A stretch of DNA of 64,000 nucleotides from the NCBI GenBank assembly GCA_038841535.1, contig JAWBTQ010000001.1:160001-224000 (forward strand). Reading direction: 5' to 3'. Positions 19,221 through 29,033 of this stretch are shown piece after piece. This DNA is from Sulfolobales archaeon (GTDB lineage Archaea > Thermoproteota > Thermoprotei_A > Sulfolobales > NBVN01). The position numbers and the translations under genes are program-made. How positions within the stretch are numbered: the first letter of the stretch is position 1; each line of letters opens with the position of its first letter. The notes beneath the pieces are model-generated. The model was not told the DNA's origin. It searched no databases and was given only the letters and a program-made list of their open reading frames with translations.

Positions 19221-19719
19221 CTCCCAAGGGATCTGATTACTTATAAGGCCATCGTTTCATGACCCTCCCCCAAATTCATAAAACGTTTTTATGTAGAGCA
19301 GTGACTATTTGCGAGCTAATCATGTAGTTTATGGACTAGAGTTCCTAAGCTATACCGAGGCTGGGGCGGACGTGTGCGGAATAAGGAGGTTGAAGCTGAA
19401 CTGAAGGTTTTCACTGCGTGGGATCAGACCTGGTATTGGAGGCATCACCGAACAATTCGGCCAGGTCACCAGTCGAGGTAGCTAAAAGCAGCAGATCCCT
19501 TGTTGGACACAGCACTAAAGCTGCGTAACAAGCATATAAACCGTGACCAAAAAGGAGAGCTTGAAGAAACTAGATCTCCGCATTTCCCGGCTCTAAATTT
19601 AGTTATGCTAACTACCTAGCTGAAAGTGTTCAACCTTCCATCTACTATAACCAGACCTTCTTGCGGAGCTCGGAATTCTATGAATTTAGAACCTAAGATC
19701 GTTGATGCCTAGCAAAACT

Positions 19720-19943
19720 GCTTTCTGGTTCTCATACTAGTTCACGTAGGTTGGTGCTCAGTAGATGGCTTACAAGCTCCCTCCACATTACCTGGTCTTG
19801 AGCGAAAAATTCTAGAGCCTCAATCCGAGTGGGAGTCCTCCCAAAAGAAACCCAAGACGTAGGGTGCGTGGGATCGCCTCGAATCCCCCAAGCACGCTGA
19901 AGACCCGCGACAAAATAGTACAAAGTGATACAAGAACTAAACC
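19720..19943 (+). mobile_element. Decayed tnpB 3' fragment with family A omegaRNA-like copy (A4)
   Basis: caagacgtagggtgcgtgggatcgcctcgaatcccccaagcacgctgaagacccg aligns with A1/A2/A3 and ends gaactaaacc. Upstream scraps read MAYK and LNPSGS. Confidence 0.65.
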
Positions 19944-20103
19944 CGTATACCACTCCCTTAAAGATACTTCCAAATGCTAACCTTGACTGAAGGCAGAGGG
20001 TTGATAATACGAAAGCCTGAAGCATGCTTAGTAAATCTCTGCTGAGGTGAAGTTTGGGTGATATGGTAAGGAAAAAGTTGTTGGAGAATACTTTCGAGAG
20101 TTC

Positions 20104-21324
20104 CTATTTACTTAAGGATATGCGAACGAGTTCGTACACGTCTAAAAATCCGTAGCCGTAGCTACTGTCGTACCCTGGCTTTCCCAGGTCTATAGCCGAG
20201 CTCGCTAGAACATCCTTAATATTGCCTGGTGCTAACTTGGACATGCTGCTCGCTAACCTCATTGCCTGAACTATAGCTACTGCTGCCGAAACGTGGGGAC
20301 ATGCCATACTCGTTCCACTGGCGTATGCGTACCTATTCTTAGGCCACGTCGAGAGTATGTTTACACCCGGTGCTACTATGTCTGGGTTTCTATTGCTCCA
20401 GTCGGGGACTGCGTAGCTAGAATCTGCAGCACCAACGGCTATTACCTCGCTGTAGCAAGCAGGGCAGCTAGGTGCTAGAGCACCCTCGTTGCCAGCGGCA
20501 GCAACTAGCACTACTCCGTATCCGTAGGCGTAGGAGACTGCGTCACGCAATATTTGTGAGTCAGGTCCCCCCAAAGACATAGATATGACGTCGGCATCGT
20601 CGTCGGTTCCAGGCAAGCCGTCCGGTCCCTTAACAGATTCAACGATCCCCTTAGCTACGTCACTTACATAGCCCCTACCTGACGCATCGAGTACTCTGAC
20701 AGCATAAAGGCCTGATTTAGGTGCTACACCAGCTATACCTGCGCCATTTAGTCTAGCAGAGATTATTCCGGCTACGTGTGTTCCGTGACCGTTCGGGTCA
20801 GCACAGTTCTTTAAGTTAGCTCCCCTATAGAATGTCTTACCATCCCTGAGAGATACTATGCAGAACACTACCGCTCCCTTAAGGTCGCTGTGTGCGTAAT
20901 CTATGCCAGTATCGAGTACGGCAATAGTAATACCCGGGTAGTAACCTAGGGCGGCGTTACCGTACTCGCTACTCATATTCCAGACATCTGTAGCGTTCAC
21001 TATCTCGACGTTCCAGCCGACTTCCTCAGCTTTAACTAGCTTGTCTTCTTCGACGTATCTAACGAAGGGTAGAGCAGCTATGCGAATTACCGCAGCCGAT
21101 GGGACTTCTAGGACCATCGCACCAATCTCGGGAACCTCTAGGTCTACTCTGCCGATACCTAAAAGCATGTTCATCGAGACCGAGTACGGACCATAAACAC
21201 CGACCACTACTCTGACCGTGGGAGCTACAGCAGAAAGTACTGGAGCTACCGTGATGAGCGCAATGACTATTAGGACAGATAAGACTCCGGCTCCAACATA
21301 TCTCAAAGACACGGATCGCACCAC
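20104..21324 (-). CDS. Subtilisin-like S8 serine peptidase, secreted
   Basis: Signal peptide; catalytic VLDTG, HGTHVAG, GTSMACPH; AAAGN oxyanion motif. Confidence 0.96.
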   Translation of the reverse strand: MVRSVSLRYVGAGVLSVLIVIALITVAPVLSAVAPTVRVVVGVYGPYSVSMNMLLGIGRVDLEVPEIGAMVLEVPSAAVIRIAALPFVRYVEEDKLVKAEEVGWNVEIVNATDVWNMSSEYGNAALGYYPGITIAVLDTGIDYAHSDLKGAVVFCIVSLRDGKTFYRGANLKNCADPNGHGTHVAGIISARLNGAGIAGVAPKSGLYAVRVLDASGRGYVSDVAKGIVESVKGPDGLPGTDDDADVISMSLGGPDSQILRDAVSYAYGYGVVLVAAAGNEGALAPSCPACYSEVIAVGAADSSYAVPDWSNRNPDIVAPGVNILSTWPKNRYAYASGTSMACPHVSAAVAIVQAMRLASSMSKLAPGNIKDVLASSAIDLGKPGYDSSYGYGFLDVYELVRISLSK

Positions 21325-21559
21325 ACCTAAAGGGTCATTTTATTCATGTTTCAAAGCTTATATACGGATTTGAAACCGGCTGACTCCACGTTAAAACCTT
21401 GAGGTTGAATGTATAAGAAGAAAAGGACCTCACAAGTTCACTCCCTATTTCAGTAATACCTTCAAGTAGAGTCGCGATGCGACCACTAACACTCTATATT
21501 AGAGAAAGGGCTTAAATAACTAAAGATTTTCCAAGCTCTCTTCACGTTTTCAACCTACT

Positions 21560-21830
21560 TAAGAAGCCCGAGATACTTAGTTGAACTCTCTGAGCGACAT
21601 GATGTAGAACTCTAGCAAGTACTCTAAGTACTTCTTCAATAGCAAAGTTTTACTCTCCATGGGTCTGTACTTAACCTCATTACTACTGCTAGCACGTCTA
21701 TGTCGTTAGCTAGAGCGAGCATCTACCCCTAAAGGTTGACCCTAAGATGTATTTGCTTCCTTGAAGTACCTGAGCAAGACTATTTTAACCTCTCTAAGCA
21801 GTTCCCGGGAATTCCAAAGTCCACCCAAGC
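21560..21830 (-). pseudogene. Minimal nucleotidyltransferase (MNT) remnant
   Basis: Frameshifted pieces RELLREVKIVLLRYF / YILGSTFRG / ANDIDVLAVV match the GS...DxD signature. Confidence 0.6.
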
Positions 21831-21994
21831 CTAGTAGCAACCTTGGCATAGATATCGAACTAGTTTCGCGATCATACCTGAGATTCTCTACGAAAGAAGC
21901 GATCGCACAATCCCCGGCAACAGATTATCTGTAATTATTCTGCCCCCGCATTTCTTCGTAATCTGCCTCGCAACTATCTCATACCCAACCCACC

Positions 21995-22127
21995 TGTTAG
22001 CTCCCTGCTGAACAGCACCAGAATTCACTCGAGCACTACTATTAGTGCCTAATGGCTATGTTGAGGTGAGGAGATGAGGCACCGAACACTCCTGCTAAAC
22101 CTAAGATGACCTAGAACGAAGGATAGT
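21995..22127 (+). mobile_element. Degenerate family B element copy (B3)
   Basis: tgttagctccctgctg ... gttgag..ggag..gag...aaacctaagatgacct...agt is colinear with 54669-54801 and 63145-63281. Confidence 0.5.
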
Positions 22128-22199
22128 TAATTACCGGTTTATTAATTCTTGATCTTGGGAAGTTCAAAAGCATCTTACTTATAGCAGCCTTGAACTCAG

Positions 22200-22883
22200 G
22201 ACTGAGAGTTTGCGATCGACAGAAGAAATCGTAGAGAGCATAAGTAGTCTCACTGACGGAGGATAGATCTTGGAGCAGTTAAACTATTTTGAATCGCATA
22301 ACCCTTCAAAGGCTGTGGATGTTCTTATAAGACTTGATAGCGAATTCTATAGAAGGAAATTGTTTGGTGCAAGTCTCAGCAACGTTATCGAGGTTTTAGT
22401 GCGGTTACCTGACGAAATGGTGTTTGAGATAATTGGCGTTAAAAGTATTGATGATTTAGCTGAAATACTCAATAAACTCCACGTAGATGATGTAGTCGAA
22501 GTGCTGTTTAAGCTTCCGTCGAAAACGGGGTATAAGGTACTTAAGATTTTATCTACCGAGCTATCAGCCGAAGTTTCTAAAGTAATCGAAGTCTCCTTCA
22601 GAAAGCGTTGGAGAGATTATTAAATACCCAGGACTCAGTTTTCGATGCCGATGCGGCTATAGGTAATGTAATGACATCTATGCCCATAAAGCTAGGTCAG
22701 TACGATGGACGTAACTATATATACGTGGTTAGCAAGGACCGAAAACCTATTGAGTATTTGGACCTAAAAGCTCTCCTCACTAAACCCAGAAACCTTCAGT
22801 TAAAGGACTGCGTAAAGAACGTTAGAGTACACATAGACCCGTTGATTAATAGAGCTATAAACCTCAGGAGGTTTTCCCTCTGA
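22200..22883 (+). pseudogene. MgtE-like (N-domain plus CBS) pseudogene fragments
   Basis: DDVVEVLFKLP repeat, frameshifted ESVGEI..NT, NYIYVVSKDRK CBS motif; split into two ORFs with no membrane domain. Confidence 0.7.
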
Positions 22884-23056
22884 GTAGCATTCCTAAGCCT
22901 GGAATGGTGTTAATAGAAGAGCTCTCTAGTTTCATCACTTTTAAAACATAGCTACTCTATCGTAACGCGCTCGGTAGAACTAGTAAGAGGATCTTAGAAT
23001 AGAATAAAAAAGAGGCAATTTACTCGTATGTATTAAGTGGAGGCCTCTTGCCTTCG

Positions 23057-24295
23057 TCAAAGGTATCTCTTCATTAGTAGGTAGTAGGTTCTAACCATTC
23101 TCTCAAATTCTTCTATTGGGAGGTACTCGTCTGCTATGTGGGCTACTCCTAGGAGGCCCGGTCCATACGTGATTGTCTGGATACCCTCCTGCGTGTAGTA
23201 CCGCATGTCTAACCCGCCGAGGCAAACTGTTGTTCGTGGCTCAAAGCCGAGCACCTCCTTAGCTACCTCCTTAGCTGTCCTCACTAAGTCAGAGCTAGGG
23301 TCTGTAAGTGCTGGTGGTAGCCTATTTGTTACTTTCACTCCTATCTTGACATTCTTGAACTCCTGAGATATTCTCTCTACAAACCCCTTAATCTCGCTTT
23401 CTACCTCTTCAATTTTCTCTTCGGGAGTGATTCGGCGGTCTATAGAGAATGAGTAGTAACCTGGTACTACGTTAACCTTCGCGCCTCCTTTAACCTCCCC
23501 ACCTATCATGGCAGTAGGTCTAGCCCCCCTCGGGTCATCGTACTCGTAGGAGCTCCTCCTAGACTCTAGCTGGTATACGTACTCGTCTATTACTTTACTT
23601 GCTATCTTAACCATGTACTCGAAAGCGTTTATACCTAGCCACGGGGTAGAGCCGTGGGCCTGCCTACCGTAGACTTCGACTGCGACCCAGAGGGCACCCT
23701 TGTGCCCTATCCATATAGTCCCGGAGCCACTGGGTTCAGCTATTACTACGTAGTCAGGTCTAGAACTCATCTCCCTAACTAAATACCCAGTGCCAGTCTC
23801 ACCACCGATCTCTTCGTCAGGTACTAGGGCTAGCTCTAAAGTCCCCTTAACCTTACCCACGGACTCAACTAAGGTCTTAGCAGCAGCAATAAAAGCAGCA
23901 ATACCACCCTTCATATCTGAAGAACCCCTACCGTAAAGTCTGCCTCCCTCAATAATGGGCTCGAACGGGTCCTTAGTCCAACCACTCCCTGGAGGAACTA
24001 CGTCATAATGACCGTTGAACTGCAGAACTGGCTTACCGGTGCCGTACTTTGCTAACACTATATACCTAGGGTACTGACTGTAGTCAGGGTAGTATCTCCC
24101 AACGTACTCTCTAAGAACCTCGGAGATGGAGACTTCGAAACCGATGTGCTCTAGTACCTCTTTCGATAACCTAGCGAAGTCTCCGTACTTCTCGCCCGGT
24201 GGGTTGACAGTTGCCACGGACACCATGTCCTTTAGAACTTTGAGACCCCACTCAGTGTTTTTTGCTAGTCGATCTACCTCACTCAACTCAACCAC
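23057..24295 (-). CDS. M20 metallopeptidase (ArgE/DapE family)
   Basis: NGHYDVVP, GRGSSDMKGG, DEEIGG, AEPS, AHIADE. Confidence 0.95.
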   Translation of the reverse strand: MVELSEVDRLAKNTEWGLKVLKDMVSVATVNPPGEKYGDFARLSKEVLEHIGFEVSISEVLREYVGRYYPDYSQYPRYIVLAKYGTGKPVLQFNGHYDVVPPGSGWTKDPFEPIIEGGRLYGRGSSDMKGGIAAFIAAAKTLVESVGKVKGTLELALVPDEEIGGETGTGYLVREMSSRPDYVVIAEPSGSGTIWIGHKGALWVAVEVYGRQAHGSTPWLGINAFEYMVKIASKVIDEYVYQLESRRSSYEYDDPRGARPTAMIGGEVKGGAKVNVVPGYYSFSIDRRITPEEKIEEVESEIKGFVERISQEFKNVKIGVKVTNRLPPALTDPSSDLVRTAKEVAKEVLGFEPRTTVCLGGLDMRYYTQEGIQTITYGPGLLGVAHIADEYLPIEEFERMVRTYYLLMKRYL

Positions 24296-25718
24296 CTCTA
24301 TACGTGATTCTAGATACTACTAAGGTAATAGGTAAGTTGAACATCAAACCCCAAATTATTGAGTGTACACCTAAGTAGTCTGGCCAAATAAAGCACGTCA
24401 AGACACCCATCACTAACCCAGCTATGAGACCTGCTAGAACACCCTCTTTCGTGATCCACTTCCATACGCTCCCCAGAACCCATCCCGGAAACATCTGGGT
24501 GATCCCTGTATACCCGACAAGCAGTAAGTAGACTATGTATGCTGGTGCTGTGTAAGCTAAGATGACGCTTATAACAGTAAATATAACTATCCCCAGTCTA
24601 CTCACTAGTATCACCTCCTTCTCGCTAGCTCCCGGCTTTATCCACCCCTGGTATATGTTCCTAGATAGCAGACTCGCCTGAGTCAGTATAATGCCTGCTG
24701 CTGACGACAGTGCTGCCGCCATTCCAGCTGCGCCTATAAAGCCTAGAGCCACGGGGCCAAACGTATCTCTTATTAGAGCTAGGAAGGCGTGGTCAGCTAC
24801 TGCCAGTTTCATACCTAAGCCGAGTGCTACGAGCCCAGTTAGAGAAGCCCAAAGAATCCCTAGAACGTGGTACCAAGAGGTCATAGTTATACTCCTCCTC
24901 AAGACTTTAGCGTCTCTTGCTGGAAATACCATCTGAGCTAGCTGTGGCCACACCCAGAACCCCAGCCCACAGCCTACAGCAGCTGTTATAACCCACTGAA
25001 CAGAGTTCCTACCTACTGCTGCCCAAAGGTATGCGTGTTTAGGAGATGCTGCTTCTACCGCAGCGAATAACCCAGGAAGTCCACCGTAGTAATAGAATAT
25101 TAATGAGAGCCCTCCGCCCAGCATAGCTGCGAGCATTATCGCACCAAGAAACACGTTAGTTATTGCTACACTAACCATGCCACCAAGGAAGACGTATATC
25201 ATCACCACCACAAATGATACTACGGCAACATGCAGAGTGGGTAAGGCACCATAGGTAGAGAGATCTAATACGTACTTAGTAGTTAGAATCTGAAGCTGGC
25301 CGTAAGGTATGTTAAAGGTTATTCCCACCAGTGCTGTAAGAACCATTAGTAGCCTACTGCCGTATCTCCACATAAAGAAGTCCGCCTGAGTGAGGAGTCC
25401 CTGCCCCTTAGCTGTCTCCCAAATCCTCGGTGCGAAAAAGAACGCGAAAGTGTATGCCAAAGCCCCATAGATCCATATGTATAGAACTGGTGCACCATAC
25501 GCATACGCCCAACCCGAAGCCCCTAGGAATGCGAAGCCACTATAGATAACTGCCGCCATGTTCAAGAACGTTACTATGAACCCGAGGGCTCTACCAGCCA
25601 CCATGTACGTGTCGACTCTGAGGACTTTAATTCTTAGTCTATAGGCTAGAACACCTATAATGAAGGTTATTGCTAAAGTGACAGCAATGATTAGAGTAGC
25701 TATTGTTGCCTCTATCAT
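24288..25718 (-). CDS. Sodium:solute symporter family protein
   Basis: YMVAGR, SGFAFLG, GGM..VA.T, AAALSS; about 13 TM helices. Confidence 0.92.
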   Translation of the reverse strand: MIEATIATLIIAVTLAITFIIGVLAYRLRIKVLRVDTYMVAGRALGFIVTFLNMAAVIYSGFAFLGASGWAYAYGAPVLYIWIYGALAYTFAFFFAPRIWETAKGQGLLTQADFFMWRYGSRLLMVLTALVGITFNIPYGQLQILTTKYVLDLSTYGALPTLHVAVVSFVVVMIYVFLGGMVSVAITNVFLGAIMLAAMLGGGLSLIFYYYGGLPGLFAAVEAASPKHAYLWAAVGRNSVQWVITAAVGCGLGFWVWPQLAQMVFPARDAKVLRRSITMTSWYHVLGILWASLTGLVALGLGMKLAVADHAFLALIRDTFGPVALGFIGAAGMAAALSSAAGIILTQASLLSRNIYQGWIKPGASEKEVILVSRLGIVIFTVISVILAYTAPAYIVYLLLVGYTGITQMFPGWVLGSVWKWITKEGVLAGLIAGLVMGVLTCFIWPDYLGVHSIIWGLMFNLPITLVVSRITYRGG

Positions 25719-25921
25719 GGTTTCACCTCAAGCATGTAGTAAGCTAACGTCAATAGTACAGGAACTACGAAAACCCATATCAGCACCCAGAACCAGAGCA
25801 GAGGTATGCCAGCAATATGGACGTTAGGTCTGTTAATTATGGGTAAGACGATGGACAACATGAACCAGACGACCGCTGTAGCAACCATGAACTTTCTCTC
25901 AGTAACGGTTTTTCTAGACAC
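25715..25921 (-). CDS. Small membrane partner of the symporter (DUF3311-like)
   Basis: Two TM helices with IAGIP...W; translationally coupled to the symporter. Confidence 0.75.
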   Translation of the reverse strand: MSRKTVTERKFMVATAVVWFMLSIVLPIINRPNVHIAGIPLLWFWVLIWVFVVPVLLTLAYYMLEVKP

Positions 25922-25976
25922 GATCTGTTACCTCAAGATCATCCTCAGGTTTTAAACTTAATATTTGTTGCTGAGT

Positions 25977-26011
25977 CTGAAATCCTCCCCACCCTAATAT
26001 GACCAGGCTTC
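25977..26011. mobile_element. Isolated IS200/IS605-type end remnant
   Basis: Reverse complement gaagcctggtcatattagggtggggaggatttcag aligns with the A1 end at 13801-13832. Confidence 0.5.
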
Positions 26012-26238
26012 TATGTCAGCGGTGCGCACTTTATAAGAGTGCTAGGAATTAACTCGAGTAGATCGACTTTAGCTGATGCCCTAATACGGAGGCACCGTGA
26101 GGAGTACTCAGAGGTATATCGAAGAAAGCGGTATAGCGCAACCCGGCTCTTTTAAATCAGACCCTCGAGACCTTTGTTGATAGTGTTTACTTATTATAGC
26201 GCTCACTAACGATTAAATTAGAGACTGGCGGTGGTTGG

Positions 26239-26514
26239 ATGCCTAAAGTAGTGAGCGACAAGGTTATTAGATATGTTGAGGGAGCAGTTCTCTCGATGCT
26301 TAGACTTAGACGATACCTTCTATCACGGGGTGTAGACCCTGAAGAGGTTAACGAAAGAATAAAAAAGCAGGCTATTGGCATGCTCGAAGCCTCAGGGTTA
26401 AGCAAGGAGAAGATTGTCGAGATATTAGTCGAGCTAAAGCTGGTAGTTGAAACCCTTATAGACTTAGTAAGTAAAGCAGATTTTCGCGAAAGCGATGAAG
26501 CCAGCTCCAGCTGA
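26239..26514 (+). CDS. Hypothetical protein (91 aa)
   Basis: ATG preceded by ggtgg; helical, charged composition. Confidence 0.7.
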   Translation: MPKVVSDKVIRYVEGAVLSMLRLRRYLLSRGVDPEEVNERIKKQAIGMLEASGLSKEKIVEILVELKLVVETLIDLVSKADFRESDEASSS

Positions 26515-26576
26515 CACTTTGGGTGTAATCTAAAGCTCAAATTATTGAAATGAACTAAGTGACGGTGTAAGTAAGG

Positions 26577-27758
26577 GTGTTAGGACTAGTAACCCTAGTA
26601 GCTGTCGTAGTAGCTATCATAGGTGGCCTGAAGATCGGTTTGAGTCTTGGGCTATCTATTGCTCTAACAACTATAGGCTTAGGCCTTCTTATGGGTAACC
26701 TCCAGAAAGCCCTTGTAGCGACCCTATTAAACGAGGACGCCTGGATACTGATCCTCTCAGCACTAACTATAGCTACGCTGGCTGAACTCTATAGAATTAC
26801 AAACGCTGTGGAAGAACTCGGTCAAGGGCTGTCCAGCACACTGAGAGACCCGAGGCTGGGACTTGCTACTATACCTGCAGTAGTTGGTCTCATGCCAGTA
26901 GCTGGTGGAGCCCTACTCTCAGCACCAGTGGTTGAATCTCTCGGGGCTCCGATCGGACTTACAGCAGAAGCTTTAGCATACATAAACGTGTGGTTCAGGC
27001 ATGTGCTGATTTACTCATACCCGTTTTCTCAACTAATAGTTGTTCTCTCTCAGTTAACAGGAGTCCCGATTTTAACCCTAATGACAGCAACTTTACCTAT
27101 GACTATACTGATGGCTGCTATAGGGACAGCAGCTCTCTTGAAAGTTAAGGTAGAACCACTTGAGCAAGTTAGTAGACGCAGTAGAGAGGACCTCAAAGCC
27201 TTAGTACCCTTAGGTGTAGCTGTAGCTCTCTTAGTGCCCCTAGTGCCACTCATAGGAAATTGGGCTATTCCTCTGGGTACCTCAGTTGCTGTCCTCGTTC
27301 TAGTTCGACTTAGAAAAGCTTTAAAGCTACTGCCGCACGCTCTCATTTCAGAGAGGGTGGGTGACATCATCCTAGCTGTTGTAGCAGTAATAGTGCTTAG
27401 GGAAGTAATATCATTAAGCAACATATCTATGGAGCTACAGGAAGCTGTCAGCGGCTTTATTCGAGTAGAGCTCGCCCTAGCTATACTATCTACTTTAGTA
27501 TCAATAGCTACGGGTTCAGTCATGACCGGGCTCTTCGTTAGTTTACCTATTCTTTCATCACTCGGCGTAGATAGTGTTGGTTCAATACTTCTTATCTACA
27601 CGTACTCCTTCTTAGGCTACATAGCGTCACCAACACATCTATGTCTTCTGTACACCGTTAAGTACTTTAAAGCAAACTTGTTAGGTACTTACAGGTATCT
27701 CCTACCCTCAGTACTTCTAGCTTTAGTAGTAGGTACTGTGTATTACTTAGTTATCTAA
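26577..27758 (+). CDS. DUF401-like integral membrane protein
   Basis: PAVVGLMPVAGGALLSAP, NVWFRH, SPTHLCL. Confidence 0.85.
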   Translation: MLGLVTLVAVVVAIIGGLKIGLSLGLSIALTTIGLGLLMGNLQKALVATLLNEDAWILILSALTIATLAELYRITNAVEELGQGLSSTLRDPRLGLATIPAVVGLMPVAGGALLSAPVVESLGAPIGLTAEALAYINVWFRHVLIYSYPFSQLIVVLSQLTGVPILTLMTATLPMTILMAAIGTAALLKVKVEPLEQVSRRSREDLKALVPLGVAVALLVPLVPLIGNWAIPLGTSVAVLVLVRLRKALKLLPHALISERVGDIILAVVAVIVLREVISLSNISMELQEAVSGFIRVELALAILSTLVSIATGSVMTGLFVSLPILSSLGVDSVGSILLIYTYSFLGYIASPTHLCLLYTVKYFKANLLGTYRYLLPSVLLALVVGTVYYLVI

Positions 27759-27825
27759 TGCTAGAGTACCGAAGCCACTTTAAGCTCTTAAACTCTTATT
27801 TAATCATACGTCATGTTATTATGCG

Positions 27826-28989
27826 GTGCAAATGGCTAAAGAAAGCAGCATCCACGAGGTAGCTCTAAATCTTGGAACTCTCTTATACTTTCTTTCACTT
27901 CACTCTATAGCACCGTACATATCTAGGTATGCCGTATCTCTCGGTGCGAGTGAGTACGAAGTAGCTATGCTTGGCCCTGCTCTCTCGCTGATAGCTATAA
28001 CACTTAGACCGCTCAGTGGGTCACTCATCGACCGGGGCTTGCTGCGCCCACTCATGGCATTAGGGATAGGTCTAGCTATGGCTGCGCAAACTCTCTATAG
28101 CGTATCGACTGGCGTCCCTCTTCTATACATCGGGAGGGGGCTTCAAGGTATGGGAGTAGCTCTCTTTATACCTGCCTCTGTGTACACAGCTACTCTAACT
28201 AGTAAAAACATAGCTAGCTCGCTAGCGTGGAGGTCTACTATGATAGGGCTCTCCGTGTTTCTTGGACCAGCTATCGGTGGCTTTATAGTGAGTGTCTACG
28301 GCTTCAGGTTCCTGTTTACTATAACCATTACGTATCTCTTAGTATCAGGATTACTGAGCTCCTTAGCTTTAAAGACTTTGAAACCCTCTGGGAGAATAGA
28401 AGAAGGTGGTCGATTAAAAGACCTTCTCAGCACAGACTTCCTCGTCTCCTCTTTCGCTGTATTGGCGTATAGTGTCCTATACAATTGCTTTCTACTCTTT
28501 CTCCCCGCATACCACAGTGCTTTAGGCATGGATGTAGCAGTAACTACCATGTTATTTACAACTATCTCAATAACAAACTTCACTTCTAGAATAGTGCTCT
28601 CGGTACTGATGAATAGAGTTAAGTACTCAGTAACTGCGACACTAGGTTTTGCCCTAGCTCTTCTCGGGATTACATTTATAGTCCTAGACCCTACATCTCC
28701 GTATTTAATGCTATATGCGATTGTAGCTGGAAGTGGTGGAGGCCTCCTAATTCCTTCTCTCCAAGTGCTAGCTCTACTCAACATTAAAGCGAGAAGTAGG
28801 GGGTTGGGCTCTGGAGTCTACACAGCAATGTTTGACGCAGGAAACGTAATTGGACCGCCGGTAGCAATAATGCTCGGCGGCACGTATCTAGGTTCTCTAA
28901 AGATATCCCTCGGAGTTTCATCTGTGGGACTCGCAGCACTGCTGACCTATAATGCCTCACATTTCGGCCGTGCTCGTAAGGTTCAATAA
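27826..28989 (+). CDS. MFS transporter
   Basis: About 12 TM; RPLSGSLID, GRGLQG, GPAIGG, RGLGSG. Confidence 0.9.
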   Translation: MQMAKESSIHEVALNLGTLLYFLSLHSIAPYISRYAVSLGASEYEVAMLGPALSLIAITLRPLSGSLIDRGLLRPLMALGIGLAMAAQTLYSVSTGVPLLYIGRGLQGMGVALFIPASVYTATLTSKNIASSLAWRSTMIGLSVFLGPAIGGFIVSVYGFRFLFTITITYLLVSGLLSSLALKTLKPSGRIEEGGRLKDLLSTDFLVSSFAVLAYSVLYNCFLLFLPAYHSALGMDVAVTTMLFTTISITNFTSRIVLSVLMNRVKYSVTATLGFALALLGITFIVLDPTSPYLMLYAIVAGSGGGLLIPSLQVLALLNIKARSRGLGSGVYTAMFDAGNVIGPPVAIMLGGTYLGSLKISLGVSSVGLAALLTYNASHFGRARKVQ

Positions 28990-29033
28990 AAAAGAACTGA
29001 AGTTAAGTGCTGCCAAGAGCTTCTCTTCTAAAA

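Noticed and set aside
21850-21990. HEPN toxin remnant upstream of the MNT pseudogene
   Set aside because: No recognisable HEPN motif could be reconstructed.
26482-26530. Possible C/D sRNA (cgatga...ctga); similar lone C boxes near 15190 and 22935
   Set aside because: No convincing C' or terminal D box at the right spacing and no recognisable rRNA complement.
19221-29000. Integrated virus or plasmid at tRNA-Gly
   Set aside because: No integrase, no att duplication of the tRNA 3' end and no viral genes were found.
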